A DNA stretch of 63,985 nt, the filler included, from Octopus bimaculoides (taxonomy: Eukaryota): assembly GCF_001194135.2 (NCBI RefSeq). It is 9 parts of 8 records of this genome, joined end to end, with 100 filler letters (N's around TTAATTAATTAA, not from the genome) between each part and the next. Parts side by side here need not be neighbours in the genome. Positions count along the whole stretch, not along the records: positions 1 to 13,644 come from NC_068981.1; positions 13,745 to 22,611 come from NC_068987.1; positions 22,712 to 40,745 come from NC_068987.1; 6 more parts are not named here. One strand, 5' to 3'. This document shows positions 11,601 to 24,571 of this stretch, piece after piece (position 1 is the first letter of the stretch; each line of letters begins with the position of its first letter). A program made the translations under genes and the position numbers. Under the pieces are notes generated by a model, which was given only the letters and a program-made list of their open reading frames with translations, made no database searches and had not been told where the DNA came from.

Positions 11601-13328
11601 TTAGGATTTAAGTAGCCCATTATAAAAGAAACGTTTTGAATGTGGGAAAAAAGTGAATACATTATAGACTTTTCTACCTTTTCTAATTCTAAAGTCACAT
11701 CGTATACATGCGGTAGCTATTGACAATTCAATGAATATTGCGATTTGCTAATTTCCGACCATTTACGAAAACAACGGTAGAAAGACTACCCTTTTCTAAA
11801 CAGGTTTTCTTTGAAGAGGATACAATGTAATCATTGACTTGAGAAGGTCTTTGTAGTATAAATGAGATATTAAAGACCATTTACAATCGCAAACGCACAA
11901 TGCAAAGGTTTTCTACGAGTTCGTCTAGATTACAATGCGAGTCAGATATAAGCGAATTGAATGTTTTCTTTGTCACTAAGAAAAGATCTTTGCTTTTCAT
12001 TCAGTTTCTCATGAATTACTCGGGATTCAAGATACTTAACTGTTTGTCTAAGGTGGTCCGGAAACATTTTGTGTGAATGTTTTCGTCTATCGCAGACCAA
12101 ATATGAGCCGTAATTTTTTAATGTAATTGCATCATTGACAAAATCTTAGCTTGCTAAATACCTAGCAGAGGAAAATATTGTAATTATTTGATTTGGTGCT
12201 TCATACCAAAACTATGTGAAAATGATAGCTTGCATTATTCAGGATTATAATTCCAGTTAAGAGGTACAATTGAATTGATATAAATATTCTTTATATAAAT
12301 TCAGTCTTTATAAATTCATTCTATTCTTCTTTTACTGGTACAGTCATTAGAGCAGCCATATTGACCTAGGGGTTGCAAGAGTTTAGTCTATCGTATCTCT
12401 GTCAAAACTTATTTTCACAAACTGATACTTATCTAAATGCTTTTGTCGAAATCCTAAGATACGAGACAATGTATTGGTGGTGGTCTACATTTCATTTACA
12501 TATATGTCCTGGCTCTCTGACTGCTGTCCCTGCCACTTGATTCCAAAGCACTTAAATGGATGACATTTGAATCTTTTTAAATACACACAATCTATATAAC
12601 ACAGCCAAAGGAATTTTGTGAAACTGGAAATTACATTATTTTATGTTTGCTCGAAATGTTAACGTTATTTCTAAAAGACGATGATGAATTGATGAGACAA
12701 CAGTTCTCAAAATGGTTTTTCAAAAATATTTTTTGTTTGCATACGAGCAAGTCAACCTTGCCTTTGCAAATATGTGATTCTAGTCATGTAGAAGAACAAT
12801 ATCAAAATTGCAAAACGTGGCTGTAAATGAAGAACAAAGAAAGCCTTACAAATTTCTACCTGAATATGTATAAGCCTTACTGAGAATATTTAAAGTGGCG
12901 ATGATAGTATTGAAAAGGTGAAAAATGTGAAAGGTTTCCTTAAAACAGTAAACATAGATACACACACACATACGCACACAAACAAACATACATCTCTTTT
13001 TACTTATCTATGTTTCAATAATATGCATGCGTTTACGTACACGCACGCACACAGACACACACACATAATATTTGCATGTAGACTTGCACATACATACATA
13101 TGTGAGAGAGACAGAGAATGGAAGAGAGAGCTAAGGGAAGAGATTGAGAAAGAGATTAAAAGGAAAGATATGAGCTGCAAAAGGAAATCCTCGGAGAGTG
13201 AAAGTATGTAATTATATTAATATATTTAATATCAGGAAACAGAAATATAATGATAAACGCTAGAGAAATTAAGCTCAAAATAAACTTCAAACTTAGTTAC
13301 TGGAAATATATGACGCATCGCCTGTCAC

Positions 13329-13389
<61 letters not shown>

Positions 13390-13609
13390 TGTATGTATTC
13401 ATTTCTTTTCCTTCATCTATTACGCAAGAAAGCATTGGAATACATCATTGAATTACACATTATTTTCGTCTATGCATACCGATATGCAGATGTATACTTT
13501 TATGTGGTTATATGTGTGTGCAGACATACGCTGCACACACGAAGACACCCTCACATACATATATACATGAACACACACACATGCACACATACACACACAA
13601 ACATATATA

Positions 13610-13644
<35 letters not shown>

Positions 13645-13743
13645 NNNNNNNNNNNNNNNNNNNNNNNNNNNNNNNNNNNNNNNNNNNNTTAATTAATTAA
13701 NNNNNNNNNNNNNNNNNNNNNNNNNNNNNNNNNNNNNNNNNNN
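13645..13743. other. Assembly gap with artificial TTAATTAATTAA linker (also near 22656, 40790, 49745, 55095, 58063, 60971, 62592)
   Basis: Identical palindromic 12-mer between N runs each time; it gives stops in all six frames. Confidence 0.9.
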
Positions 13744-14799
13744 NAGAGATCAACACTTAAAAGCCATAATTTTAAGGAGCGATAAGAATTTTTGAATAAA
13801 GGAAAATGGGTAGGGGTGGGTAGGTACCGTCAGCGAGTAGATAGGGCTCTTAATTGTAGATTTTAAATATTTGAGAGACAACAATGCATAAATCGTAATT
13901 TTTAAAAGAGCAATGAATTCTAGGTGAATAGAATATAACGTAGCATGAATTTAGGAAGCTTAGAAAATGAATAAGTATGAATTTAAGACAACAACTGAAT
14001 TTCATGGAGAGAAACAAGATAAATAATAGAGGGCAGACTAAAGCGCGAAGGTATGAGATGTTTGAGTCCGTAAATAAATAAAAATCTCTATCTTATCTGC
14101 ATCTTGGAGACTTCGTCGTAGTATGTCATATATCAGCATATATCTATACATACACGTATGTATGTGTATGCATGGGTACACACAGGTGTACATTTATGTA
14201 TCCACGTGTGTGTGTGTGTATAGGTCTGTATAAAAAAAAAACCCTTTATTTTATAAAGAAGTTTTTTTTTTTGTAGGAATATGTTATTCAAGCTCTATTA
14301 TTGATTGATTGTAGGGATATGTTATCAAGCGCTACTAATGTTCTTGGTTGGTTTGTTTTACCATTTTAGTATTTTTCACTTCTGAAAGTCCAGTTGTCTC
14401 TATGGAGACTTCATTCTTTTCAATATAGGAGAAATATTTAATAGTTTATAGAAAACATAGAATAATCATTTTTTAATCATAGGTGCAGTCAATTAATAAG
14501 TTCTTACATTTTTTTCGCCTATGTTACATTTCAGCCAATTGTTATTGTCCATATTTGCACCTTTAAAGTGCATTATGATATTATAAAACAATGGTCTCTT
14601 CTGGGCATATCTAACTGCTATTTTTTTCACTTCTCTTGAATGGAGAATTTATTCTGACTGAATGATAAGCCTTTAGTTCTTTTGTTTAACTGTGTGTTGG
14701 ATGTTTTTCTAAAAATAGTTCAAAACTGACTTTTTAACCCTACTGGTCAAGGGAAGAATCTGCTGCCTAGAAACTAGGTCATGTTACTATTCCACGTTC

Positions 14800-16260
14800 A
14801 TTAGTTTATTTGATGAACACTTTAATCATTGTTTTCACCAAGGGCAGTCAAGGTCTTCAATTGGTGAAAACAATGACTGAAGTGTTCATTGCTTTTCTTT
14901 TACAACTTTTCAAACACATGCACTCTAGGCTGATGCATCAGGAGAAAGTTGATTTTTTGTAATGGTGCAGCTATTTCTAGTTTAGTTTCAGATTTAGAAT
15001 TTTTATAAAGTATTCTTTTGCCTTTTGTGGTTGATAATTTTCATCTTTCATTTTGTAAAAGAATATTTTCAATCTTCCATTTGTACAAATGTCTGAATGT
15101 TTACTACATGGAACATTTCTTATGCACATTTACAAGACTGGTTAGTTTTGTCCCTGTTTCTCCAATGTAATCTTCATCACACTACAGGGGGCATGTAATG
15201 CAGTAGATGAGGTTTTTTGTTTTGCAATTCATGTTTGCATCCACTTTCAATTCCTTCCCATTCTTGAGTCTTTTGGTTGTTCCTTACTCAATTATTTCAC
15301 ATGTCCCACAACAAGGGCTTCTAGAGTTTGTTACTTGTATAATTTCTTTCTCCAGCATAAACCTTGCCTTTCTTAGAAGTTATTTGATTTGGTATATGTC
15401 TTTGGATGTTGATGACTTGTGATTTTTTAAAATTATGTGTCAGAGATTTGATGATTGACGTAGAATTGGGAGGTATTATTTGGCAGAATGTAGGACATTG
15501 TGGTTCCTAAGATTATGGGTGACTACAATAGAATATTTATATTAGTATTTTCATTTTCACCTTTAGCATGAGTGTTCTCCATAAGGTATAAATCAGGAAT
15601 TCTTTTGCTTTGGTTATGATATGATTTATTAACTTTTTGAGATGTTTCTGTTTTCAAAGGAACATATTTAGTTCTACCAGTTGTTTCTCCCATCTACTGG
15701 TATCTGTAACTATGGAGCATATACGTCTTGCCATATTGGATGGTATGTTAAGGCAGCAAACTGACAGAATCATAAGCACTCCAGGCAGAATGCTTAGCAG
15801 TATTTTGTCTGTCTTCACACACTGAGTTCAAATTCTGCTGAGGTTGACTTTGCCTTTCATTCTTTCAGGATCAATTAAATGAATACCAGTTACACACTGG
15901 GGTCAATGTAATTGATTAACCCCCCCCTCCCCTCAAATTTCAGGCCTTGTACTTATAGTAGAAAGGATATTGAACGGCATGTTCCTTTTTGGATGGGAAG
16001 GGTGACAGGATCTAAAATCTAAATGTTGGTGCATGTCTGTGTCCCTGCAATAGAAACTGGTTGCAAAAATCTCATCTTTTATAGTTATTAGAATGTCCAG
16101 AAAAGGAAATTCCTTTCCATGGTGAACTGAATCAATTCATGAATGCTTTTTATTAATTTAAGGAATCTTGAAAGGTCCTCCTTACTTTTGTTATAAAATA
16201 TGAAGCAGTCATTCAAGAATCTTTTCCAGTTCTCAATTCAATAGGTTTGGAAAATATGAT
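14800..16260 (-). mobile_element. Penelope-like retroelement (RT, Cys-rich linker, GIY-YIG), degenerate and split by a SINE
   Basis: WKRFLNDCFI...FPFLDILI (about 16080-16230), then CGTC...MNCKTKNLIYCITC...CDEDYIGETG (about 15130-15320), ending KEYFIKILNLKLN* (about 14980). Confidence 0.85.
15748..15968 (+). mobile_element. SINE family A inserted into the PLE
   Basis: Family head and core. It interrupts the PLE between the RT and GIY-YIG segments. Confidence 0.8.
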
Positions 16261-16557
16261 CACACACACACACAGATATAAAGTATTTTTTGGGAAATCT
16301 CTTACTTAACTCATTAACCCAAGAATTAGCAACAAGGCTATAATCAGACCACACACCACCAGTAGATCCCCTCTATGTATGTATGTATGTATGTATGTAT
16401 GTATCTATCTATCTATCTACCTCTCAAAAAACTGTGAGACATTCTGAACTTTTGAAAAAAAAAAACTTTCTGGGATTTTCAAAAGAGGATTTTCAAAGGC
16501 CTCTTCAGCGTTCATTGTTCATGTAATATATATATATATATATATATTAATATATAA

Positions 16558-16785
16558 GGGTGGCAAGCTGGCAGAGTCGTTAGCACGGTGGGTGAAATGC
16601 TTAGCAGTATTTCGTCTGCCGTTACGTTCTGAGTTCAACTTCCACTGAGGTCAACTTTGCTTTCCATCCTTTTGGGGTTGATTAAAAAAGTACCAATTAC
16701 GCACTGGGGGGATTCGATGTAATCGACTTAATCTTTCTGTCTGTCCCCTCTATGTTTAGCCCCTTGTGGGCAATAAAGAAATAAA
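16558..16785 (+). mobile_element. SINE family A variant
   Basis: ggcaagctggcagagtcgttagc head, core, and tail gccccttgtgggcaataaagaaa. Confidence 0.85.
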
Positions 16786-17065
16786 TATATCAAAACCTTT
16801 CACACGACCTCTGCTTCTCATCATCTGTTCGTTTTCAATTTTTCATTTTGTCATTTTTCTACATTTTCCATCATTTTTCTCTTCATTGTTCAAGTCTGTC
16901 ATCTTTCATTCTTAGCTTTTGGTTCCCCCATCGCTAATTGCTAACTTCTCAAGTATCACTTCCTTCTACCTGTTCATTCCTCCTAACTTAGCTTTATTTC
17001 TCTTAGCATAGCACCCCCTCTCACCATCCTACTATAGTGTTACCTTGTTACCTCTCTGTACTAGA

Positions 17066-17101
<36 letters not shown>

Positions 17102-17121
17102 TATATATATATATATATATA

Positions 17122-17320
17122 TCATCATCATCGTTTAACGTCCGCTTTCCATGCTAGCATGGGTTGGACAATTTGACTGAGGACTGGTGAACCAGATGGC
17201 TACACCAGGTTCCAATCTGATTTGGCAGAGTTTCTACAGCTGTATGCCCTTCCTAACGCCAACCACTCCGAGAGTGTAGTAGGTGCTTTTACGTGCCATC
17301 AGCACGAAGGCCAGTCTCAC
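17122..17320 (-). mobile_element. Retroposon 3' end with (CAT)n tail (family D); second copy at 19864-20015
   Basis: catcatcatcgtttaacgtccgctttccatgctagcatgggttggac...gcccttcctaacgccaacc is near-identical in both copies. Confidence 0.75.
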
Positions 17321-17857
17321 ACACACACACACAAACAAAACAAAGTTTATTACAAGAGATATGTACATGTGTGAGTTTGTGTCTTCTCACTGTCTTGATG
17401 TTTGTGTACTGCATAAAAACAATAGCACCATATATATAACAGTGAAAATATGTCAAGCCATAATGTTGTTTGTTGTTCAAAGGACTAAGGGAAACAGTAC
17501 CTTACTTGGAAACAAGTAAGGGTTAACAACAGGAAAAGCATCTGGCTATAAAACACTCTCTCCATGTAAGCATGGAAAAGCAAATGTTAAAAGGATGAAG
17601 ATGAGGATTAAATATATATTTGGAAGGTCATTCTCCAAAAAATAAAACAAAAAAAAACCCTCAATAGATGCAGTTGAATACATTTTTATTGTTAATTCAC
17701 TTTTGACAAGAGAGAATAATGTTGTCATAGCCATAATGACCCCCACTAAAGTACAATATTGCCAAAGCACCATTTAACTAATGCCAGTATGGAAGAAATG
17801 TATGTGATGATAATGATATATGTTCATAATATTTTTTAACATTCAAAGACTAGGAAA

Positions 17858-18225
17858 CATGTTAGCCCTACCACCCTAAACCCAGGTGGTGTGTTAGCTT
17901 CATTACCCAAGGGACCAAGTAGCACATCATTCTTACGACTTAAAGTCCAGATGGTGTGTTAACCTGACTACTCAAGGACCAGCTGGTATGTTAGTTCTGC
18001 CACCCAAGTATCATGATGCTGTAAGTTTTCTACTATCCAAGGACTAATTAGTACTGTGTAAACCCCACCTTCCAAAGACCAGGAGGCATGTTAGCCCAAC
18101 CACCCAAGGACTAGATGATGAGTCAACAATACAGTCAAAGGATCAGATATGTTAGCCTTTCCATGAAGGGATCAGGCAGTATATAAGCCCTACTACAAAA
18201 GGACCAGAAGATATCTTAGCCCTAT
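17858..18225. repeat. Old degenerate ~32-bp minisatellite
   Basis: Recurring gttagccc.accacccaaggaccag motif at 17861, 17893, 17958, 17990, 18090, 18151 and 18216. Confidence 0.7.
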
Positions 18226-18310
18226 CACCTTAAGACTAGGAGGTTTGTTAACCTCCACACAAATATAATGATCATGAAAAACAAACAAATAGAAATGAAT
18301 GCACATTCAC

Positions 18311-18508
18311 CTGCCATAAGAACTGAAGAAGTGTGTTTGTATTTGTTATACTGGAGATATTCTAAGATCAATTCATTGATAATGAGGTTTTCATTACATA
18401 TTGGAGGTTTTCCTTCTGAATGTTCATCTAGTACATGGAACATCTCAGCACGTATCTGAGCTTTCACCTTGTTCAGGACACCTTTTCTCTCCAAACTTTC
18501 AGAAATAG
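18311..18508 (-). CDS. CEP20: Centrosomal protein 20 (FOPNL/FOR20), LisH-domain exon
   Basis: Translation ISESLERKGVLNKVKAQIRAEMFHVLDE...NENLIINELILEYLQYNKYKHTSSVLMA aligns with the FOR20 N-terminal TOF/LisH region. Bounded by ttttactag| and G|gtgaat; 198 nt, phase 1-1. Confidence 0.9.
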
Positions 18509-19089
18509 CTAGTAAAATCAACAGAAATAATAAACAATGATAAAGTTTCAAATTTAACTTGGTATATTATATACTTATTACTTAATAATAAACATAGAAA
18601 GGAAGATATTATTCTAAATACAAAACAATGTTTCTTATTTTACTCTATGTTCATTTTTCTATTGCTTTGTGAAAAGTGGGGGAGAAGTGCACTCACAACT
18701 CTTTTCTATGGTGTCTTAAGAATGGTGAGAAGAGAAATGAAAATTGTCCTCTGACTAAGAATATAGACCAAGTATAGTGGGCTCTGCTAAACTAGATGAC
18801 ACATCAAGTCTAATACCCATTCTTGCATTGCTAATTATTTTTTTTTTTTAATTTGCCTTTCCATTATGCTAACTCTTGTTCACTGTCAATTAAGTTAACA
18901 GAAGAATTATATAAATACATACATAGAGAGAAATAGAAAGAGAGAGGGCAAAAGATGAAGGAAAGGACAATAGATATATGAGGAGGTAACCAAAAGTAAC
19001 AGGAAATGTTCTCTGTGGGACAAACCAGTTGTAGTTCAGGCTTTCACTACTAGAAATCATTTGATGCAACCCTCAAGCATCAGTCTGCT

Positions 19090-19864
19090 GACCAGCTTCA
19101 TCATGTGGAGTCATACTGCCATGTGGTGCGTCTCCCTTGTTTGTTGATTTTTGTGATGGCTGAGATGAAGAAACAGCATGCTTCCATGAAATTCTGTTTT
19201 CTGCTGGGGAAAATGGCAGTTGTCATGCTTCAAACAGTTTACAAGGACGCTACCATGAGCAAAATGCAAGTTTATGAATAGTTTTCACGTTTTAGGAATG
19301 GTCATTTGTCCCTTCAAGACCAACCTTGTTCAGGGCAACTGTCAACTCTCTCTATGAACGAAAACATCATGGAAATATATCAACTGACCTTAGAGGACCG
19401 TTGCCAAACAACTGACAAACTTATTGATGTGACTGGTGTGTTCAGGAGCTCCTGCCAACGAATTTTGAGTGAGGAATTAGGAATGGAAAGAGTTGCAGTA
19501 AAATTTGTGCCTTGCTTATTCATGGAAGATCAAAAGCAGCCACGACTGAAGCGTAACCCCACTTACCCACTCTCCCTATTCACTTGATCTTGCTCCCTAC
19601 AATTTTTTTTGTTCCCGCAAATGAAAAAAGTTCTGAATAGAAAACGTTTTGCAGATGTGGATAAGGTGAACAAAAAAATAATGGAGGCATTAAAAGGCAT
19701 CACTTTGCAGAGTTCCAGGACTGCTTCAAACAGTGGAAAACAGATCTAGACCAAAATATTGCTTCAAATGGCAAATACTTTGAAGGCGATAAAAGCGTAA
19801 ACATACAAAAATAAGTGAATAAAATAATAATGCAAAATTCTGGTTTCTTTTGGGTACCCCCTTC
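19090..19864 (+). mobile_element. Mariner transposon relic, internally deleted
   Basis: KFCFLLGK...SLQDQPCSGQLST...ERVAVKFVPCL..EDQK jumps to DLAP..FFLFP.MKK..KRFADV...NG.YFEGD. Right TIR-like end tggtttcttttgggtacccc. Confidence 0.85.
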
Positions 19865-20424
19865 ATCATCATCATCATCGTTTAACGTCCGCTTTCCATG
19901 CTAGCATGGGTTGGACGATTTGACTGAGGACTGGTGAAACCGGATGGCAACACCAGGCTCCAATCTAAATTTGGCAGAGTTTCTACAGCTGGATGCCCTT
20001 CCTAACGCCAACCAGGAAGGGCATCATATGTAATTAATTAGTGTGTATATGTATGGGTTTCCAAGCTTTCATGTGAAACCAATGGCAATAGTATTTACAA
20101 TGCCATGATATTCAGGACTGTAAGTAAATGAGTTGAATAAGGATTAAAAAGCAGCCATTAAGTTTTCATGATCACTACAATTTATTCAAATCAATTTTAG
20201 ACATGGAGACCTAAGTGCTTAGAAACTGGCTACAGCTTACCAAATGCTGCAATTATGCCAACATTAATGAACCAGCTTTATGAATTACATTGAAGACCAT
20301 CAGAACAGAATAAATAAATTCAGTGCAAAATTTTTGAGTACATAGAAGAATGTGAGAATTTTAACCATCATCTAGCATGGTGCCACTTTTGTCAGGTGAC
20401 TGATCAGAGGTTAGTGGCTGTTAT

Positions 20425-20765
20425 GTTTAATAAAGACTCCCTTCAGTCATGAATGATCACAGGATTGCACGTAGAAAGTTTCCCTCTGAGGCACAAGTCT
20501 GGGCAAGATTATTTATGAAAGACCAGCAGTCACCCATGCATACCAGCCTTCCCTCTCCATGTCACCAACGTTATCCAAGGGAAAGGCAAAGCCAATATAG
20601 CTTGGCACCAGTGACATCACAACTCATTTCTACAGCTGAGTGAACTGGAGCAATGTGAAATAAAGTGTCTTGCTCAAGAACACAACACACAACCCAGTCC
20701 AGGAATCAAACTCACTACTCATGATAGTGAGTTCAACACTCTAACCACTGAGCCATGTGCCTTCA
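20425..20765 (-). mobile_element. SINE/retroposon family E; second copy at 26925-27252
   Basis: gtcatgaatga.ca..ggattgcac.tagaaagtt...catttctacagctgag.gaactggag..atgtgaaataaagtgtcttgctca is shared by both copies. Confidence 0.8.
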
Positions 20766-20869
20766 TATCTGTTATGTTTGAAAGTTAAAAGAAAAGACAT
20801 ATGAAGATTCAGGAATGGAGTCAGGAACTTGTACCATTTAGCTTCAGAATGAAGTATTGTCCTGGTTAG

Positions 20870-21760
20870 ATGAACATGATCCTAGACACAATTACTCATT
20901 AATTCAGTTTTATTTCCTCCACATTTGCTGACATCCACAATGGTCTATGTCACCTAGGAGTAACTCGGCAACTGCATTTTATTAGGAATCTTTCCGTTTC
21001 TACACATGAGAAAAGCTTGTGGTTCTCATATGGTTTGTACTGAACTAAAATCTCAGTTCTATCACCCACAAGAAGGAACTCTTACCAAAGCAATAAAGCC
21101 TATGGAACAGCTTAATATGGCCTTCAAGGAAATTTTGCCAACTGTTTTGTGTAATTCATATTTACTCATAATAGTTCTTGAATATTCATGTTTTCATTTT
21201 GCATTTTTATGTCCCAGTTTGTATGCACCAACAGCGATCAGATGTCTGGATTTCCTGCTCAGCTAATGCAAAATTATACTATTATATTATATACACTGAC
21301 TTGCTTCATGTCTAAGGAAGTGAAGGAATATCTCTCCCACTACTTCATATCACCTCTACAATGAATGGACATGTAGAAAGGTTGACCATATGGAAGGTAG
21401 TCTGTTCTGCTTTTGAATAATGTAATGTCAGAGATACACTGAAAACAGGTGCCTTTTGAGGTGCTACATTTCCATACATCACTGTTCTGTACAACAAATA
21501 CAACTCATAAACGTTTCTTTGCATTCCAATGCTGGTCTTCCCATGGAAATTCACAAGAGGATAGTGAATTTTATGGGGAGAGTGACAGTGGAACAACTAA
21601 TGACTCCCAGACCAGCACTAAGGAAGTTCACAAGAAGCAACAAAATAAACCACTTGTAGTTCATGTTGTAGACCAAGAACTCCTAAACAGCAATCCAACA
21701 TATGCAAACATCAGGTATCCAGATGAGCAAGAGTCTATAGTTTCATTACTGACTCGATGC
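20870..21760 (+). mobile_element. Ty3/Gypsy integrase remnant (H2C2 zinc finger, core, C-terminal domain)
   Basis: HNGLCHLGVTRQLHFI...VCTELKSQFYHPQEGTLTKAIKPMEQLNMAFK...LEYS.F.FAF.CP...TNTTHKRFF.FQ...NPTYANIRYPD.QESIVSL. Many stops and frameshifts. Confidence 0.8.
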
Positions 21761-22732
21761 CTTGTTTCAAAGTCCATGAAAACCTTCACATCTCTTGTAG
21801 AACAAAATAAAAGAATCCCAATAGTACTTGGACCATTTTATTAAGATATACCACAGTGTGAAGAATCATGAAATAGCAACTTCCCATGAACTTTGGAGAC
21901 GCAAATATGTATCAAAGCTATTTGATACTTTTGGAATTTTTCTCTTCAAAGAAGGAAAAACACAATGTTACTGTTGGTGTGTATAGTATGGGTTTCTGTA
22001 CTTTCAACTGCAAGTAGTCTGGGCCACTATATTATAAAAGTAATTGCATATAAAACGCCATGATATTTATATAATGGTAATCTTCCAGTTTCGAGAGGTA
22101 AAAGAAATAAATAAAAATATTCAAGGGAAATAACTGAACGACTTACCAGTATTATCCGTACTACTTTTTCTCTAAAACAGCATGCGATGGAATTTTTTTT
22201 TTGGATCTAGTTCAAAACGGGGGCACCAGTTTTGATATATGTTTTATGTAGTGTTTTTGGTACCGAAAGACTTTCAAACTTCGTATACTTATCTATTTTG
22301 TGTTATAGAACAGAAAAAAATTTTTGTATTCAAAGTTATTTCATGTAAAAAATTGTCTTATTTCAATAATTTCAACCAATCACTGACAAGTATTCAGCTG
22401 TTTACAGTTACTCCTTTGGCAGTTTAAGTGGTGTAAAGCGTATTTAATCTCCATTACTTCTGACATTTTGCAGAGAGACAACACATGTCTTTTTCTTGTG
22501 CTAAGGAGGATATATTAATTTTTCCATCGAGATTTTGTTTGCTGTTGCGGTGTGAGTTCGTGTCTGTCTAACTCTTTGTATTGAATAACTGTTTAAATAA
22601 CTGTTGGTATANNNNNNNNNNNNNNNNNNNNNNNNNNNNNNNNNNNNNNNNNNNNTTAATTAATTAANNNNNNNNNNNNNNNNNNNNNNNNNNNNNNNNN
22701 NNNNNNNNNNNTGTATATATGGATATATATGC

Positions 22733-22773
<41 letters not shown>

Positions 22774-22829
22774 GTGAAACTCATATATGCATACATATAT
22801 AAACATGCTCGAATACTCACACAAACACA

Positions 22830-22872
<43 letters not shown>

Positions 22873-23100
22873 ATATGCACGGATACACAGAGAAACAGAG
22901 ACACAGAAAAATGTATATAGAATGGTAAATGAGTAGAAAAATCGAAGAAAAGCGAAAATAAATTTCCAGAAAGATTGACTGGAATTTAAATGTAGTTTTA
23001 TCTGCTATGTCCTGCAGCATCGCAATGTATTCGCAAACATCTTTCACATACGAACACATTTCTAAGAGTATGTATATATATACACATATACATACATACC

Positions 23101-23140
<40 letters not shown>

Positions 23141-23624
23141 CGCATGAACACACACACACACACACATACGTAGTTTAAAACATGGCATTTAAGCACTAAA
23201 TCGATGTAGAAAAAGAACAAGCTCTTTGAACCACGTATCCGCATTCCGGGCGTCTGCGTTATCGATTGCATCTCAGAGTACCTAACGTCTTCCGCAGTCA
23301 AAATATGCTATAAATGTTTTCTTAGGTATAAACTAAAACATCTGCCCAGACATATATCACATTTGTTTCTCATAGTTCGCCAGTCACTAACCCGCAGCAG
23401 AAAGTAATTCCACTGTCTAGCATAGTAAACTATCACACTGATAACATTTGAAAATTGCAATAGCGACCATCTTGTTATCTGCTAGCTTTTTTATTGCGAC
23501 GATATATATATAAGTTACATATTTATATATACATATATANNNNNNNNNNTATATATATATATGTATATATAAATATGTAACTTATGTGCATATATATATA
23601 TAAATTCTATCAAAGTTTATTTAG

Positions 23625-24300
23625 TAAATGCCCATATCAATAATCAAGCACATAAGCTGGCTTTCTTCCAGTGAAGTAACTTTCCATAAAACCAGGCTTA
23701 AGTACAACCAGGCACTCACTTGTAGACTATTCAAAAATGCAACACACAACTCACCGGATATAAATAACAACTCTCACATACCAAAGAAAATGACCTGGTT
23801 CAATACACCGTTTACCAAAAATGTCATAATTTGCACTGAACCAATTCCCTCTTTAATCAGTAAACACTTTTATAAAGACGACGCAGTTTACAAATTATTC
23901 ACCAGGAAAAATGACAAAAGCTAATTTTCTGCAACCCATTCTATAAGGAAAACAAAAATAATTTCGTTGCATAACAGGAGAATCCTCGAACACAACACAA
24001 ATAAAACAAACCAAAGAAATGATTGTTATTTCTAAAAAACAGAGTCGTATTCCATAGATAACCAAGCCATAAGTAACTGCATTGTGTACCGGGTCGCTAC
24101 AACTGGTAATATTGTGTACTGTGTCGGTCTTAAAGTCATTTAATGGCAAACTATATCAGCATACGGGCACTTTCAAACGCTTACAAAGAAAATATAACAC
24201 TGGTCTCGAAGTATATATGGCAAAATGAAAGACAAGGGGGAATTTGCAGACGGTAAAACTTGTCAGCTATGGAAACCAGATCAGTAACTCACAGCCTGAT
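23625..24300 (+). mobile_element. Penelope-like (Naiad-type) RT thumb/linker fragment
   Basis: MPISIIKHISWLSSSE..F...YNQAL...TWFNTPFTKNV...LISKHF...LYKLF, the WFNPP(F/Y) linker typical of Naiad/Chlamys PLEs. Confidence 0.75.
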
Positions 24301-24412
24301 AAGATTAAATTATTCTTATTAAAACTGCATACGGTAAGTTTGGGAATATGCGTAAAGCTCGGTCGAGCTAGAACTAAATAAAGACGCACGAAGCGATGTT
24401 GAATGAAATAGC

Positions 24413-24571
24413 GTCATATTCAAACATTCGAGTGCATTCGGACGTGATTAGTCCTTCTGCTGCGGATTATAATGTTTTCATAATGTTTAAACGGAGAATG
24501 TTCTCCCGAGAATATCACCGCAGGGGACGATCTAATAACACCCGAATGCACTCGAACATGTTAAATATGAC
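24413..24571. mobile_element. Palindromic MITE-like element
   Basis: Perfect 15-bp inverted pair ttcgagtgcattcgg/ccgaatgcactcgaa plus outer gtcatatt/aatatgac and inner ctgcgg/ccgcag. Confidence 0.6.

Noticed and set aside
12605-12826. Plus-strand open frame of about 74 codons (PKEFCETGNYIILCLLEMLTLFLKDDDELMRQQF...)
   Set aside because: Protein-like, but no recognisable motif and weak splice signals. A BLASTx hit would be needed.
13689-13700. Recurrent TTAATTAATTAA palindrome
   Set aside because: Always embedded in N runs: an artificial six-frame-stop scaffold linker.
23275-23301. TAEDVR as CEP20 exon 1
   Set aside because: No in-frame ATG, and the AG|gtactc donor is phase 2, whereas the 18508 acceptor needs phase 1.
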